Source: an uncultured Lysobacteraceae bacterium
Lineage (GTDB): Bacteria; Pseudomonadota; Gammaproteobacteria; Xanthomonadales; Xanthomonadaceae
Reading direction: 5' to 3'
Length of the DNA stretch: 64,000 nucleotides
Assembly: GCA_937897645.1 (NCBI GenBank)
Contig: CALCNV010000140.1
Coordinates: 110,872 to 174,871, forward strand
This document shows positions 1 to 9,506 of the stretch, one piece after another. Below the pieces are notes generated by a model. That model made no database searches. It saw only the letters and a program-made list of their open reading frames with translations, and had not been told where the DNA came from. The position numbers were made by a program, and so were the translations under genes. Positions within the stretch are counted from its first letter, which is position 1, and every line of letters starts with the position of its first letter.

Positions 1-274
1 GAACCTCAACCGTGGCGCCATCAGCGAGGGCCGCATGCACTTCGTCATCGAAGGCGTGCGCGACGGCAAGCTGGCCAGCGTGGACTGGAGCGAGTTGCAG
101 CAGAAACCCGCTGCGCCGGGGCAGTCCTATTCGTTCCGCTATTTCCAGGCACTGGAAGGGCAGGTGATGCTGCCGCAGGATTTCACCCCGCAACGCGTTC
201 GCGTGCTGCTGCAGGGCGAAGACATGGCCGTGGAACAGGCCTTCGACTGGAAAACCGCCAACACGCGATCTTGA
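1..274 (+). CDS. DUF6776-family protein, C-terminal part (gene starts before window)
   Basis: Frame open from base 2 (NLNRGAISEGRMHF...). Aligns by eye to the C-terminus of 800..1531 (NLNRGA, EGxRDGKL, YSFxYFQ, F.P.RV). Confidence 0.75.
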   Translation, partial: NLNRGAISEGRMHFVIEGVRDGKLASVDWSELQQKPAAPGQSYSFRYFQALEGQVMLPQDFTPQRVRVLLQGEDMAVEQAFDWKTANTRS

Positions 275-341
275 GCCTGCCATTCCTGTTCCGCCGCCGC
301 ATCCCTTCGCCACAACCTAGTTTTCTTTCCCGGAGCCACCC

Positions 342-752
342 ATGTTCAAGCACAAGCCCACCCACCTGGACGGCCAGGCCATCGACACCCTGATCGGCCC
401 ACAGGTCACCATCCACGGCGACCTGGTGTTCAGTGGTGGCCTGTACGTGGAAGGCCGCATCCACGGCAAGATCATTGCCGAGGAGGGTGCCAAGGCCATC
501 CTCACCCTGGCCGAACAGGGCCGTATCGAAGGCGAAGTGCAGGCGCCGATCGTCGTGATCAACGGCGAATTGCACGGTGACGTGCACGCCAGCGAACGCG
601 TTGAACTGGCGGCCCGCGCCCGCGTGCTAGGCAACGTGCACTACAAAGTGGTGGAAATGCGCGCCGGCGCCACCCTGACCGGACGGCTGATCCATGTGGA
701 CGCGGAAGCGGCCAGCCAGCCTGTCGCCACCCTGGTGGCTGCCAACGGCTGA
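342..752 (+). CDS. Bactofilin (polymer-forming cytoskeletal protein, CcmA family)
   Basis: [25 protein letters not shown] beta-helix repeats; GGAG SD upstream. Confidence 0.9.
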   Translation: MFKHKPTHLDGQAIDTLIGPQVTIHGDLVFSGGLYVEGRIHGKIIAEEGAKAILTLAEQGRIEGEVQAPIVVINGELHGDVHASERVELAARARVLGNVHYKVVEMRAGATLTGRLIHVDAEAASQPVATLVAANG

Positions 753-799
753 GGCCGCGTGTTCAGAGGCAGCTGGGCCGGCAGGCGTTATCCTGAGGC

Positions 800-1531
800 A
801 TGACACAAATACCTTCGCCTCCGTCCTCGCACCATCACCTGCCGCCCCTCACGCCCATGGCGCGTCGCGGGCTGATCATCGCGGTGGTCGTGTTGTTACT
901 GGCCCTCGGATTCGGCTTGTGGGGTGCATGGCAGGCCATCGCCGGACGCAACGCCAATCAGCCCACGCCTGCGCAGTTGCAGGCACAGCAGAAGCAGATC
1001 GACACGCTGGAACAACGCAACGCGACCCTGTCGCGCTCGGACCAGATCAGCCGCGACGCCAACAAGGACCTGCAGAGCGCGCTGGCCGAGCGCGACGAGG
1101 AAATCGCCGGCCTGCGTGCCGACGTGGCTTTCTACGAACGCTTCGTCGGCGCCACCGCCCAGCGCCGCGGCCTGGCGGTGCACGAACTAAAGCTGCAGCC
1201 GCAGACCGACCAGGCCTGGCATTTCACCGCCACCCTCACCCAGAACCTCAATCGTGGCGCCGTCAATGCAGGACAACTGAAGGTGTCGGTGGAAGGCACC
1301 CGCGATGGAAAGCTGCAGACGCTTGCCTGGGACGACCTGCGCCAGGCCAACGCGCCGGGCGTGCCGTATTCGTTCAAGTATTTCCAGCAGGTCGAAGGCG
1401 ACCTGGTGCTGCCGCCCGGTTTCAAGCCGGTGCGGGTGATCGTGCGCCTGGTGCCGCAGCGCGGTGCGGTGGTCGAGCAATCCTTCGCATGGAACGATGC
1501 GGTGCTGGCGCCAGCCGCCGACGGCGCTTGA
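800..1531 (+). CDS. DUF6776-family membrane-anchored coiled-coil protein
   Basis: N-terminal TM, coiled coil, DVAFYER and FKYFQQVEG motifs; bactofilin/erpA context. Confidence 0.75.
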   Translation: MTQIPSPPSSHHHLPPLTPMARRGLIIAVVVLLLALGFGLWGAWQAIAGRNANQPTPAQLQAQQKQIDTLEQRNATLSRSDQISRDANKDLQSALAERDEEIAGLRADVAFYERFVGATAQRRGLAVHELKLQPQTDQAWHFTATLTQNLNRGAVNAGQLKVSVEGTRDGKLQTLAWDDLRQANAPGVPYSFKYFQQVEGDLVLPPGFKPVRVIVRLVPQRGAVVEQSFAWNDAVLAPAADGA

Positions 1532-1563
1532 ACGCCACTGCCTCCGGCCCCATCCTTGAACCT

Positions 1564-1950
1564 ATGAGTACCTTGATTTCCCTGCCCGGCTCCGCGCCTG
1601 CGCCCGACTACCAGTCGCTGGATCGCCCGCTCAACTTCACCGTGGCGGCCGCGGCCAAGGTGCGCGAGCTGATCCAGGAAGAAGGCAACGACGCGCTCGC
1701 CTTGCGCGTGTACATCCAGGGCGGCGGCTGTTCCGGTTTCCAGTACGGCTTCGAGTTCGACGAGAACCGTGCCGAAGACGACGTCGCCGTGAACACCGAC
1801 AACGTGACCTTGCTGGTCGACCCGCTGAGCCTGCAGTACCTGATGGGTTCGGAAGTGGATTACAGCGAAAGCCTGCAGGGCGCGCAGTTCGTGATCCGCA
1901 ATCCGAATGCGAAGACTACTTGTGGATGTGGTAGTAGCTTCAGTATGTGA
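1564..1950 (+). CDS. erpA: Iron-sulfur cluster insertion protein ErpA
   Basis: [11 protein letters not shown] and [14 protein letters not shown] motifs; ATG at 1564. Confidence 0.95.
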   Translation: MSTLISLPGSAPAPDYQSLDRPLNFTVAAAAKVRELIQEEGNDALALRVYIQGGGCSGFQYGFEFDENRAEDDVAVNTDNVTLLVDPLSLQYLMGSEVDYSESLQGAQFVIRNPNAKTTCGCGSSFSM

Positions 1951-1988
1951 GTGGGTGTTGGTCGCCGCACAATCAGTTGTTGGTGGGC

Positions 1989-2375
1989 ATGAAACAGCTT
2001 TTACAAAGTTCGGTATTTGTTACAGCAGCTATGTTGGCTGCGCCAGCAGCGGCATGCTCGTTCCTATTTCCGAGCCCCGAAGAAGCCGCGTCCGCTCAAT
2101 CGGTAGCTATTGGAAAGGTTATAAGCGAGAAGATTGCTGAGTCCGCGCCAGGTGAGGAGTACCAAAGAAGCAGATCGGTCACGGTATCAGTGACTCATCA
2201 ACTGAAAGGCTCAATGCCCGCCATCGTGCGATCCGGTATTTCATGCGGCTTAGCGTATGCGCCTGTGGATAGTCGGGTTATCGTTTACATGTTAGAGCCT
2301 GGTGTTTTTGGTGTTGTCGAGGTAGTAGGCGACTATGAGCGTGATGTGCGCGCCAAGCTTCGTGCTGACCACTAA
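1989..2375 (+). CDS. Low-GC secreted hypothetical protein, TIMP/NTR-like (signal peptide then CS..; SCGL)
   Basis: Signal peptide ending PAAA|CSF, second Cys in SCG, markedly lower GC than flanks, attC-like sequence after the stop. Confidence 0.6.
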   Translation: MKQLLQSSVFVTAAMLAAPAAACSFLFPSPEEAASAQSVAIGKVISEKIAESAPGEEYQRSRSVTVSVTHQLKGSMPAIVRSGISCGLAYAPVDSRVIVYMLEPGVFGVVEVVGDYERDVRAKLRADH

Positions 2376-2427
2376 TAACTGATTCAACCCAAGCCCGTTC
2401 TGCTGGCTAGCTGAATACTGGCGTCTG
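2372..2427 (+). mobile_element. Degenerate integron attC (59-be)-like site
   Basis: CTAATAACTGATTCAACCCAAGCCCG...GCTGAATACTGGCGTCTG overlaps the stop codon. It aligns without gaps to the short aadA/Xanthomonas-type attC as I recall it (roughly 60% by hand). Confidence 0.55.
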
Positions 2428-2458
2428 TCTTACAGCCGCATCAAAGGAGCACCAGCCA

Positions 2459-2857
2459 ATGAACCAGCCCGTCATCCAGACATGGCATGGCCTTGTCGAA
2501 GCCAATGATCCATCAGGCCTGGACGATCTCCTGGCAGACGACGTGGTCTTCGTTTCCCCGGTCGTGCACACGCCGCAACACGGCAAGGCCATCGCGAAGG
2601 CCTATCTCTCGGCCGCGTTCCGGGTCTTCTTCAATCCCAGCTTCCGCTACGTGCGCGAAATCCTCGGGCCATCCGACGCCATGCTGGAGTTCGAGACCGA
2701 AATCGACGGCGTGCTGGTCAACGGCGTCGACCTTATCAAGTGGAACGACGCCAACCAGATCATCGAGTTCAAGGTGATGCTGCGCCCCTTGAAAGCCGTC
2801 AACCTCATCCACGAACGCATGGGTGCGATGCTCGCGGCCTCACGGATGTCAAAATGA
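2459..2857 (+). CDS. NTF2/SnoaL-like protein
   Basis: LLADDVVFVSPVVHTP..G and NGVDLIKW..I.EFKVMLRP; AAGGAG SD. Confidence 0.85.
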   Translation: MNQPVIQTWHGLVEANDPSGLDDLLADDVVFVSPVVHTPQHGKAIAKAYLSAAFRVFFNPSFRYVREILGPSDAMLEFETEIDGVLVNGVDLIKWNDANQIIEFKVMLRPLKAVNLIHERMGAMLAASRMSK

Positions 2858-2900
2858 CGCTCCATCCTGACAACGCTTCACGCGTCGACGTAATCCAGCC

Positions 2901-3836
2901 GTGACCCAGAGCCCACTCAAATTTCCTGCCGAACTCTCCGGCTTCGCCTTTAACGGCGAAACGCTGAGCCGTGCCGATGCGCTGCGCGATGATCCCGTCG
3001 CGCTGTCCAGGCTGTGGCCGCAGGCGCGCGTGATCGTGCTTGATACCGACGGCAGCGCACTGGCCGATGAAACCGGAAAGTTGATGCCCGTCACCGGCGC
3101 CATGTTGGGTGGTGGCCCGGGTACGGCGGTGTTCCTGGGATTGCTGGGCGACGTGGCCTGGTTCGCTGTTGATGCACAGGTGCTGCCGATCAGCGCGCCG
3201 CAACGCATCGACTTGCGTCGCGCGGCTGCCAGCTGGCCGGCTGCGGAATCCGGCGCGTTCGCGTTTGCGCGGGCCATGCAGCACTGGCGTTCGCGCACAC
3301 GGTTTTGTGGTGCCTGCGGCGGTGCCATCGAATTCCAGCGCGCCGGCTATGTCGCCCACTGTACGCAGTGTGGCAATGACCAGTATCCGCGCGTGGATCC
3401 CGCGGTCATCGTCGCCGTCAGCGATGGCGAGCGCTTGCTGCTGGGCCGACAGGCATCGTGGCCGCCGCGGCGCTATTCGGTGGTTGCCGGTTTCGTCGAG
3501 CCGGGCGAATCGCTGGAACAGACCGTGGTGCGCGAAGTATTCGAAGAGACCCGAGTGCGAGTGCGCAGTTGCCGGTACCTAGGCGCGCAGCCGTGGCCTT
3601 TCCCCGGCGCGCTGATGCTGGGCTTTATCGCCGATGCCGAACCCGACCCCCCGCAGGTCGACGGTGAACTGGAAGACGCGCGCTGGTGTACGGTGGACGA
3701 GATTGCCGCAGCGCGGCAACGCAGCGGCAAGGAAAGTGACGGCGATGCAGGCATGCTGCTGTCGCCACGGATTTCCATCGCGCGTTCGCTTATCGAACAC
3801 TGGTATGCGGGCATGACCGCGGATCGCGGACCATGA
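2901..3836 (+). CDS. nudC: NAD(H) pyrophosphatase NudC
   Basis: Zn finger CxxC..CxxC, YPRVDPAVI, Nudix box GFVEPGESLEQTVVREVFEET, QPWPFP. Confidence 0.95.
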   Translation: MTQSPLKFPAELSGFAFNGETLSRADALRDDPVALSRLWPQARVIVLDTDGSALADETGKLMPVTGAMLGGGPGTAVFLGLLGDVAWFAVDAQVLPISAPQRIDLRRAAASWPAAESGAFAFARAMQHWRSRTRFCGACGGAIEFQRAGYVAHCTQCGNDQYPRVDPAVIVAVSDGERLLLGRQASWPPRRYSVVAGFVEPGESLEQTVVREVFEETRVRVRSCRYLGAQPWPFPGALMLGFIADAEPDPPQVDGELEDARWCTVDEIAAARQRSGKESDGDAGMLLSPRISIARSLIEHWYAGMTADRGP

Positions 3837-3905
3837 GTCGCAATTACCGCGCGCGCCGGTCCATGGCCATGAAGCCACGCTAGAATCGGCCACGGAGGGA
3901 CACCC

Positions 3906-4799
3906 ATGTCGATCACCCTGCTTGCTGTCGTCGTCGCGCTGGTACTGGGCCATGTGGCACCGGGGCTGGTCACGTCGGCGCGCGAGTTCACCTGGTTCGG
4001 GCGCTGGTTGCGCTGGCTGGGTGCGCAGTCGGGCGAAGCCTCGTTCTGGCATGGCCGCTACGGCATCGTGCTGGCCTTGTTGCCGGTGCTGCTCGGCGTG
4101 GCGCTGCTGCAATGGTTGTTGCACGCACCGCTGCTGGGTTTGCTGGGCCTGGTGTTCGGCGTAGTGGTGCTGGTCTATGCCTGGGGCCCGCGTGACCTGG
4201 ATGTCGACGTGGAAGCGATCATCGACGCCCACGATCTGCCGACGCGCCGCGCCGCCATCGCCCACCTGTGGCCACAGGGTGCGACGCCCAGCAGCGAGGG
4301 TTCGGCGTTGGTCGAGGCGGTTTTCCGCAGCGCGCTGCAGCGCTGGTTCGGCGTGCTGTTCTGGTTCCTGCTGCTGGGCCCGGTCGGCGCGCTGCTGTAC
4401 CGGTTGAGCGCGCTGGCGGGCGAAGGCGAGTTCGCCAGCTTCCTGCCTGCTGAAACCCTGGCCGGCGTGCGCCAGCTGCATGCGCTGCTGGATTGGCCGG
4501 TGGCGCAGCTGATGACGCTGTCGATGGCGCTGGTCGGCAACTTCGACCCGGTGTTCAACGCGTGGCGCGAAGCGCATGGCAACACATGGCAGCTGGATAC
4601 GGGTTTCCTGGCCGCCGCGGCGCGTGCCAGCGTGAAAAGCGAGCTGGCCGAGGAAGCAGAGGAATACGCGGACGAAGGCATGGTGCAGACCATGCGTGAA
4701 CTGCCGGAATTGCGCGACGCGATGAGCCTGGTGTGGCGCATCCTGCTGCTGTGGCTGGCGTTGCTGGCCGTGTTCGTGATCGGCGGCTGGGTGAGCTGA
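3906..4799 (+). CDS. AmpE/CobD-CbiB-like inner membrane protein
   Basis: Multiple TM segments; WFGVLFWFLLLGPVGALLYRL motif; GGAGG SD. Confidence 0.75.
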   Translation: MSITLLAVVVALVLGHVAPGLVTSAREFTWFGRWLRWLGAQSGEASFWHGRYGIVLALLPVLLGVALLQWLLHAPLLGLLGLVFGVVVLVYAWGPRDLDVDVEAIIDAHDLPTRRAAIAHLWPQGATPSSEGSALVEAVFRSALQRWFGVLFWFLLLGPVGALLYRLSALAGEGEFASFLPAETLAGVRQLHALLDWPVAQLMTLSMALVGNFDPVFNAWREAHGNTWQLDTGFLAAAARASVKSELAEEAEEYADEGMVQTMRELPELRDAMSLVWRILLLWLALLAVFVIGGWVS

Positions 4800-4815
4800 G
4801 CAGGATAATTTCCTG

Positions 4816-4895
4816 GTAAGAGCGCCCCATGGGCGCGAGCTTCCCCATCGCGCGCACTACACAATCAAGAGCTCGCGCCCATGGGGCACTCCTAC
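4816..4895. repeat. REP doublet (GTAxGAGCGCCCCATGGGCGCGA family)
   Basis: Inverted pair 4816-4840 and 4871-4895 between convergent genes. Confidence 0.85.
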
Positions 4896-4902
4896 AAGAG
4901 CG

Positions 4903-5307
4903 TCAGCCGGGTGCAAGCAACGTAAACGGGAACCACGGCAGGTTCCTTGCGATCCAGTAGCCCGGCAACAGCACCAGCCAGAACTTCGGTTCGCCGACTA
5001 CGCGCATCAGTGGTTGCAGCCATCGCGGTCGCCAGCCGCCGGAATCCGCGATCAGCAGCGCGACTATCGGCAGCAACATGACCAGCAAGGGATTCATGGC
5101 CATGGCGCCCGGCAGATCGAAATGCGCCAGCGCATGTAGCGCACGCGTTGCGCCGCAGCCAGGGCAGTACAGCCCGGTCAATGCATTGAACATGCATGGC
5201 GGGAATGGACTATCGGCCGCATTCGGGTCGAAACGACGCAATAGCCAGAAACCGGAAGCGGCCGCAATTGCGGCCGCTCCCCATCCAAACTTGTGCGAAT
5301 TGCGCAT
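4903..5307 (-). CDS. DUF2752 membrane protein
   Basis: PPC.F..LTGLYCPGCGATRALHAL..D...A...NPL and W.ARNLP motifs. Confidence 0.9.
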   Translation of the reverse strand: MRNSHKFGWGAAAIAAASGFWLLRRFDPNAADSPFPPCMFNALTGLYCPGCGATRALHALAHFDLPGAMAMNPLLVMLLPIVALLIADSGGWRPRWLQPLMRVVGEPKFWLVLLPGYWIARNLPWFPFTLLAPG

Positions 5308-5319
5308 GTGTCCAGAAGA

Positions 5320-5652
5320 TCAGGTGGCCTGCTGAGCCTGTTCCATCAACTGCATGTACTGCTCCATGCCGCCGGTGGAGAACACGTAGATGTTGAGGAG
5401 CAGACCGATACCGGCCAGCGCGGTGGCAACCCAGCACCAGGTCTTGGCCTGGGCCGAAGCACGACGTGCACCGTCAATGTCGCCCTGGTTGAGCAAGCCG
5501 TTGACCTTGGACGAGAACACGATAGCCACGATGCCAATCAGTCCAACTGGGCAGCAAAGGCAGGTGGCCAGTACGGTGGCGATTATGGCCCAGGCCATGT
5601 GGTTGGGCACGCTGCCCGGGGCAGCAGAGGCGGGTGGAGGTACGTAGCTCAT
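5320..5652 (-). CDS. CD225/dispanin (IFITM-like) protein
   Basis: VPNHMAWAII..CLCCPVG.IVAIVFSSKV...GDIDGARRAS..AKTW. Confidence 0.9.
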   Translation of the reverse strand: MSYVPPPASAAPGSVPNHMAWAIIATVLATCLCCPVGLIGIVAIVFSSKVNGLLNQGDIDGARRASAQAKTWCWVATALAGIGLLLNIYVFSTGGMEQYMQLMEQAQQAT

Positions 5653-5704
5653 CGGGATTCTCCGTCGGGGTGGTGGCGGTGTGTTCGGGGGTGCCGCTTA
5701 CAGT

Positions 5705-6010
5705 CTAATTCACGCCGCCCAGTCCGCCCACCATTCCGACGGCGCCGAGCACCAGCAGGAACACCAGATAAAGGAAGGCCGGGATCAGCATCAGCGCCGC
5801 CGACAGCAGCGCCCAGAATTTCGCCTTGCCGGCGGCCTCGCGTGCGCCGGCGATGTCACCGGCCGCGCGCTTGCCATCCACCTGGGCCGCATAGACGATC
5901 GACACGATGCCCAGCGGCAGGCAGCAGAACAGGGTGCTCAGGATTGCCCAGACCAAGTGGTTGGGAACGAATTCCTGCGCGCTTCCGACCGGCGGAGGCA
6001 GAGTGCTCAT
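5705..6010 (-). CDS. CD225/dispanin (IFITM-like) protein
   Basis: VPNHLVWAILSTLFCCLPLGIVSIVYA..V....GDIAGAR.A..KAKFW. Confidence 0.9.
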   Translation of the reverse strand: MSTLPPPVGSAQEFVPNHLVWAILSTLFCCLPLGIVSIVYAAQVDGKRAAGDIAGAREAAGKAKFWALLSAALMLIPAFLYLVFLLVLGAVGMVGGLGGVN

Positions 6011-6134
6011 GCGATGACCCCAAGGTAGTACGACGGCTTGCCCATGCAAGCGGTGGTTTTCAGAAGAACGATGTGTTTCCCCATCGCCAGACTACCCGAG
6101 ACTGCGAGCCGGTGGAACTTGCCAATCCCTGCGA

Positions 6135-8033
6135 TCAGGCGTTGTCGCCACGCAAGGCACGCACCTGCGCTTCCAGAGCTTCCGCCGTCGCGGTGCTGCC
6201 ATCCACCGGCTTGGCGGCCAGTACTTCCACATGCGCGCGCAACCGCCGCGGCAGGCGCATGCGGCGCATGCGTCCGTCGCGGTGGCTCCACATGCTGGTC
6301 CACATGCCCTTGAGCGCCATCGGCACCACGGGCACGGGACGTGCCTCCAGCACCTTCTCCACACCGGATTTGAATGCCGCGATCTCACCGTCTTTGGTCA
6401 GCGCACCTTCGGGGAAGATGCCCACGATCTGCCCGTCGGCCAGCGCTGCATCGATCTCCTCGAACGCGCGCCGCATGATCTCCGGATTCTCCCTTGCGCC
6501 TGCAATCGGAATAGCCTTGGCGGTGCGGAAAATCCAGCTCATCACCGGGATGTTGAAGATCTTGTAATACATCACGAAGCGCACCGGCCGCGGCACGCAG
6601 GCCGACAGGATCAGCGCGTCCATGTAGCTGACGTGGTTGCACACCAGCAGGGCAGGGCCTTCATCGGGCACGTTGTCCTCGATGCCGTGCAGGCGCAGCC
6701 GGTACAGCGTGCGCACCAGCACCCAGCTGAGGAAGCGCATCAGGAATTCGGGGACGATGGTGAAGATGTAGATCGCCACCAGCAGGTTGCCGATGGCCAG
6801 CGCCAGCAGCACCTGCGGAATGCTCCAGCCCAGCACGCGCTGCAGGAACAGTCCGGTGCCCGCCGCGGCCACGATGAACAGTGCATTCTGGATATTCATG
6901 CCGGCGATGACACGCGACATTTCCTCGCGTGGCGTGCGGCTCTGGATCAGCGCGAACAGCGGCACCACGAAGAAACCGGCAAACAGGCCGATGCCCACCA
7001 GGTCGATGATGATGCGCGTGCTACCGGGCGCGGATACAAAGCTGCCCACCGTCAGTCCACTTATTGGCGGAAGCCCGCTGCGTGCGAAATACAGGTCCAG
7101 CAGGAAGGCGCTCATGCCGAAGGCGCCCAAGGGCACCAGCCCGATCTCCACCGTGCGCCCCGACAGTTTTTCGCACAGCAGCGAACCCACGCCGGTGCCG
7201 ATGGAAAACAGCGCCAGTCCGAAAATATAGATGGTCGTGTCACGCGGCAATGCGCCCAGGTGCAGTTCGGCATAGGCGGGCAGCTGCGACGTGAGTACGG
7301 TGCCGAAAAACCAGAACCACGACACGCCCAGCACGGCGTTGCGCACCGCCAGCTGCTTGCGCGTCAAGCGCCAGATGGCGATGGATTCCGGAATCGGATT
7401 CCAGTTGATCTTCAGGTCGGGCGCGCCGGCCTCCACGCGCGGGATCATGCGCGACAGCAGGTTGCCGGTGATCGCCAGCACGATGATCGTGATGGCGGCC
7501 ACCACCGGCCCGTGCGCGCCGGCCAGGGTGAAGATCAGGCCGCCGAAGACCATGCCGACCAGGATCGACATCGAGGTGCCCATCTCGACCAGCCCGTTGC
7601 CGCCGGTCAGTTCTTCCGGCTTCAGCACCGAGGGCATGATCGAATACTTCACCGGCCCGAACAGCGTGGATTGCACGCCGGTGCAGAACAGCGCCACCAG
7701 CAGCACGGTCATGTTCTGGGTGAGGAATCCCGCCGCCGCCAACGTCATGATGACGATTTCCATCGCGGTGGTGATGCGGATCAGCCGTGACTTCTCCAGC
7801 TTCTCGGCGAACTGGCCGGCTATCGACGAAAACAGGAAGTAGGGCAGGATGAAGATGGCCGGCGCGAGCTGTGCATACAGCGCTTTTTCATCTGCGCTGA
7901 CGGCCATGAAACCCAGCAAGCCGATGATGGCCTGCCGATACACGTTGTCGTTGAAGGCGCCCAGCGCCTGGACCAGGAAGAACGGCAGGAACCGCCGCTG
8001 TTTCAGTAATGCGAACTGGCTGTGGCTGGACAT
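6135..8033 (-). CDS. MFS lysophospholipid transporter fused to PlsC-type acyltransferase (Aas/LplT-like)
   Basis: GAFNDN MFS N-terminus; NHVSYMD (NHxxxxD) and IFPEG acyltransferase motifs. Confidence 0.9.
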   Translation of the reverse strand: MSSHSQFALLKQRRFLPFFLVQALGAFNDNVYRQAIIGLLGFMAVSADEKALYAQLAPAIFILPYFLFSSIAGQFAEKLEKSRLIRITTAMEIVIMTLAAAGFLTQNMTVLLVALFCTGVQSTLFGPVKYSIMPSVLKPEELTGGNGLVEMGTSMSILVGMVFGGLIFTLAGAHGPVVAAITIIVLAITGNLLSRMIPRVEAGAPDLKINWNPIPESIAIWRLTRKQLAVRNAVLGVSWFWFFGTVLTSQLPAYAELHLGALPRDTTIYIFGLALFSIGTGVGSLLCEKLSGRTVEIGLVPLGAFGMSAFLLDLYFARSGLPPISGLTVGSFVSAPGSTRIIIDLVGIGLFAGFFVVPLFALIQSRTPREEMSRVIAGMNIQNALFIVAAAGTGLFLQRVLGWSIPQVLLALAIGNLLVAIYIFTIVPEFLMRFLSWVLVRTLYRLRLHGIEDNVPDEGPALLVCNHVSYMDALILSACVPRPVRFVMYYKIFNIPVMSWIFRTAKAIPIAGARENPEIMRRAFEEIDAALADGQIVGIFPEGALTKDGEIAAFKSGVEKVLEARPVPVVPMALKGMWTSMWSHRDGRMRRMRLPRRLRAHVEVLAAKPVDGSTATAEALEAQVRALRGDNA

Positions 8034-8104
8034 GCACGCTCCTTGGATGCGGCGGAGACTAGCAGACGCATGGTCAGGTTTTGTAGCAGGGCACCCTTGG
8101 TTTT

Positions 8105-8214
8105 GTAGAGCCGAGCTTGCTCGGCTGCTTTTTTCGCGCTGGACGCAAGAGCATCCGAGCAAGCTCGGATCTATAAGGGCTGGATCAAAGGCATCCGAGC
8201 AAGCTCGGACCTAC
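8105..8214. repeat. REP cluster (GTAG..CCGAGCTTGCTCGG family, 3 units)
   Basis: Units at 8105-8128, 8151-8174 and 8191-8214. Confidence 0.9.
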
Positions 8215-8219
8215 AAGGC

Positions 8220-9506
8220 TCAGGCTTGTTCGCGCTCTATCGCGCGCCAGCCGATGTCGTGGCGGTGGAATTCGCCATTCCACGAAATGCCAGACACCTC
8301 TGCATAGGCCTTGCGCTGTGCATCGGCCACGCTGTCGCCCAGCGCGCAGACACACAGAACGCGCCCGCCCGACGTCACCACGTGCTCGCCTTCGACCCTG
8401 GTACCTGCATGGAAGACCTTGGTGTCCTCGATATCGGGCACGTCCCAGCTGTTGATGATGTCACCGAGGCGCGGTGTATCCGGGTAGTGCTCCGCCGCCA
8501 TCACCACGCCCAGTGAAGGGCGCGGATCCCAGCGCGCTTCGGTTTCGTGCAGGCGCTGGTCGATGGCTGCCTCCACCAGGTCGAGCAAGTCCGATTGCAG
8601 CCGCATCATCACCGGTTGCGTTTCCGGATCGCCGAAGCGGACGTTGAATTCGATCACTTTGGGCGCGCCGTTCGCGTCGATCATCAGCCCGGCATACAGG
8701 AACCCGGTAAAGGGAATGCCGTCGGCGATCATGCCCTGCACGGTCGGGTTGACCACCTCGCGCATGACGCGTGCATGCACGTCCGGCGTCACCACCGGCG
8801 CGGGCGAATAAGCGCCCATGCCGCCGGTGTTGGGGCCGGTGTCGCCATCACCCACGCGCTTGTGGTCCTGCGACGTGGCCATCGGTAGCGCGGTCTTGCC
8901 GTCGACCATGCTGATGAAGCTGGCTTCCTCGCCGTCAAGGAATTCCTCGATCACCACGCGCGCGCCGGCATCGCCGAACGCATTGCCGGACAGCATGTCT
9001 GTCACCGCGTCCTCGGCTTCCTGCAGGGTCATCGCCACGATCACGCCCTTGCCGGCGGCCAGGCCATCCGCCTTGACCACGATGGGCGCACCTTTCTCGC
9101 GGACATAGGCCAGCGCGGGTCTGACTTCGGTGAATACGGAATAGAACGCCGTTGGAATGCCATGCCGCGCCAGGAAATCCTTGGCGTAGGCCTTGCTGCC
9201 TTCCAGTTGAGCCGCCGCTGCAGTCGGGCCAAAAATGCGCAGGCCTGCTTCGCGGAAGCGATCCACCACGCCTGCGACCAGTGGTATCTCCGGGCCAACC
9301 ACTGTGACATCGACCTTTGCATTGCGCGCCAGCGCCAGCAGTCCGTCGATATTGTTGACGGCTACGTTGGCATTGCGGCACTTGGCTTCGGTTGCAGTGC
9401 CAGCGTTGCCGGGCGCGACTATGACTTCGCTGACGCGTTCGGATTGCGCGAGCTTCCAGGCGAGGGCGTGTTCGCGACCACCGGAACCGATGACGAGGAT
9501 TTTCAT
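8220..9506 (-). CDS. purD: Phosphoribosylamine-glycine ligase
   Basis: GSGGREHAL, KADGLAAGKGV, QDHKR, NTGGMGAY, RFGDPETQ. Confidence 0.97.
   Translation of the reverse strand: MKILVIGSGGREHALAWKLAQSERVSEVIVAPGNAGTATEAKCRNANVAVNNIDGLLALARNAKVDVTVVGPEIPLVAGVVDRFREAGLRIFGPTAAAAQLEGSKAYAKDFLARHGIPTAFYSVFTEVRPALAYVREKGAPIVVKADGLAAGKGVIVAMTLQEAEDAVTDMLSGNAFGDAGARVVIEEFLDGEEASFISMVDGKTALPMATSQDHKRVGDGDTGPNTGGMGAYSPAPVVTPDVHARVMREVVNPTVQGMIADGIPFTGFLYAGLMIDANGAPKVIEFNVRFGDPETQPVMMRLQSDLLDLVEAAIDQRLHETEARWDPRPSLGVVMAAEHYPDTPRLGDIINSWDVPDIEDTKVFHAGTRVEGEHVVTSGGRVLCVCALGDSVADAQRKAYAEVSGISWNGEFHRHDIGWRAIEREQA

Noticed and set aside
694-1950. 418-aa ErpA with a long N-terminal extension
   Set aside because: The extension overlaps the DUF6776 gene in another frame; ErpA starts at 1564.
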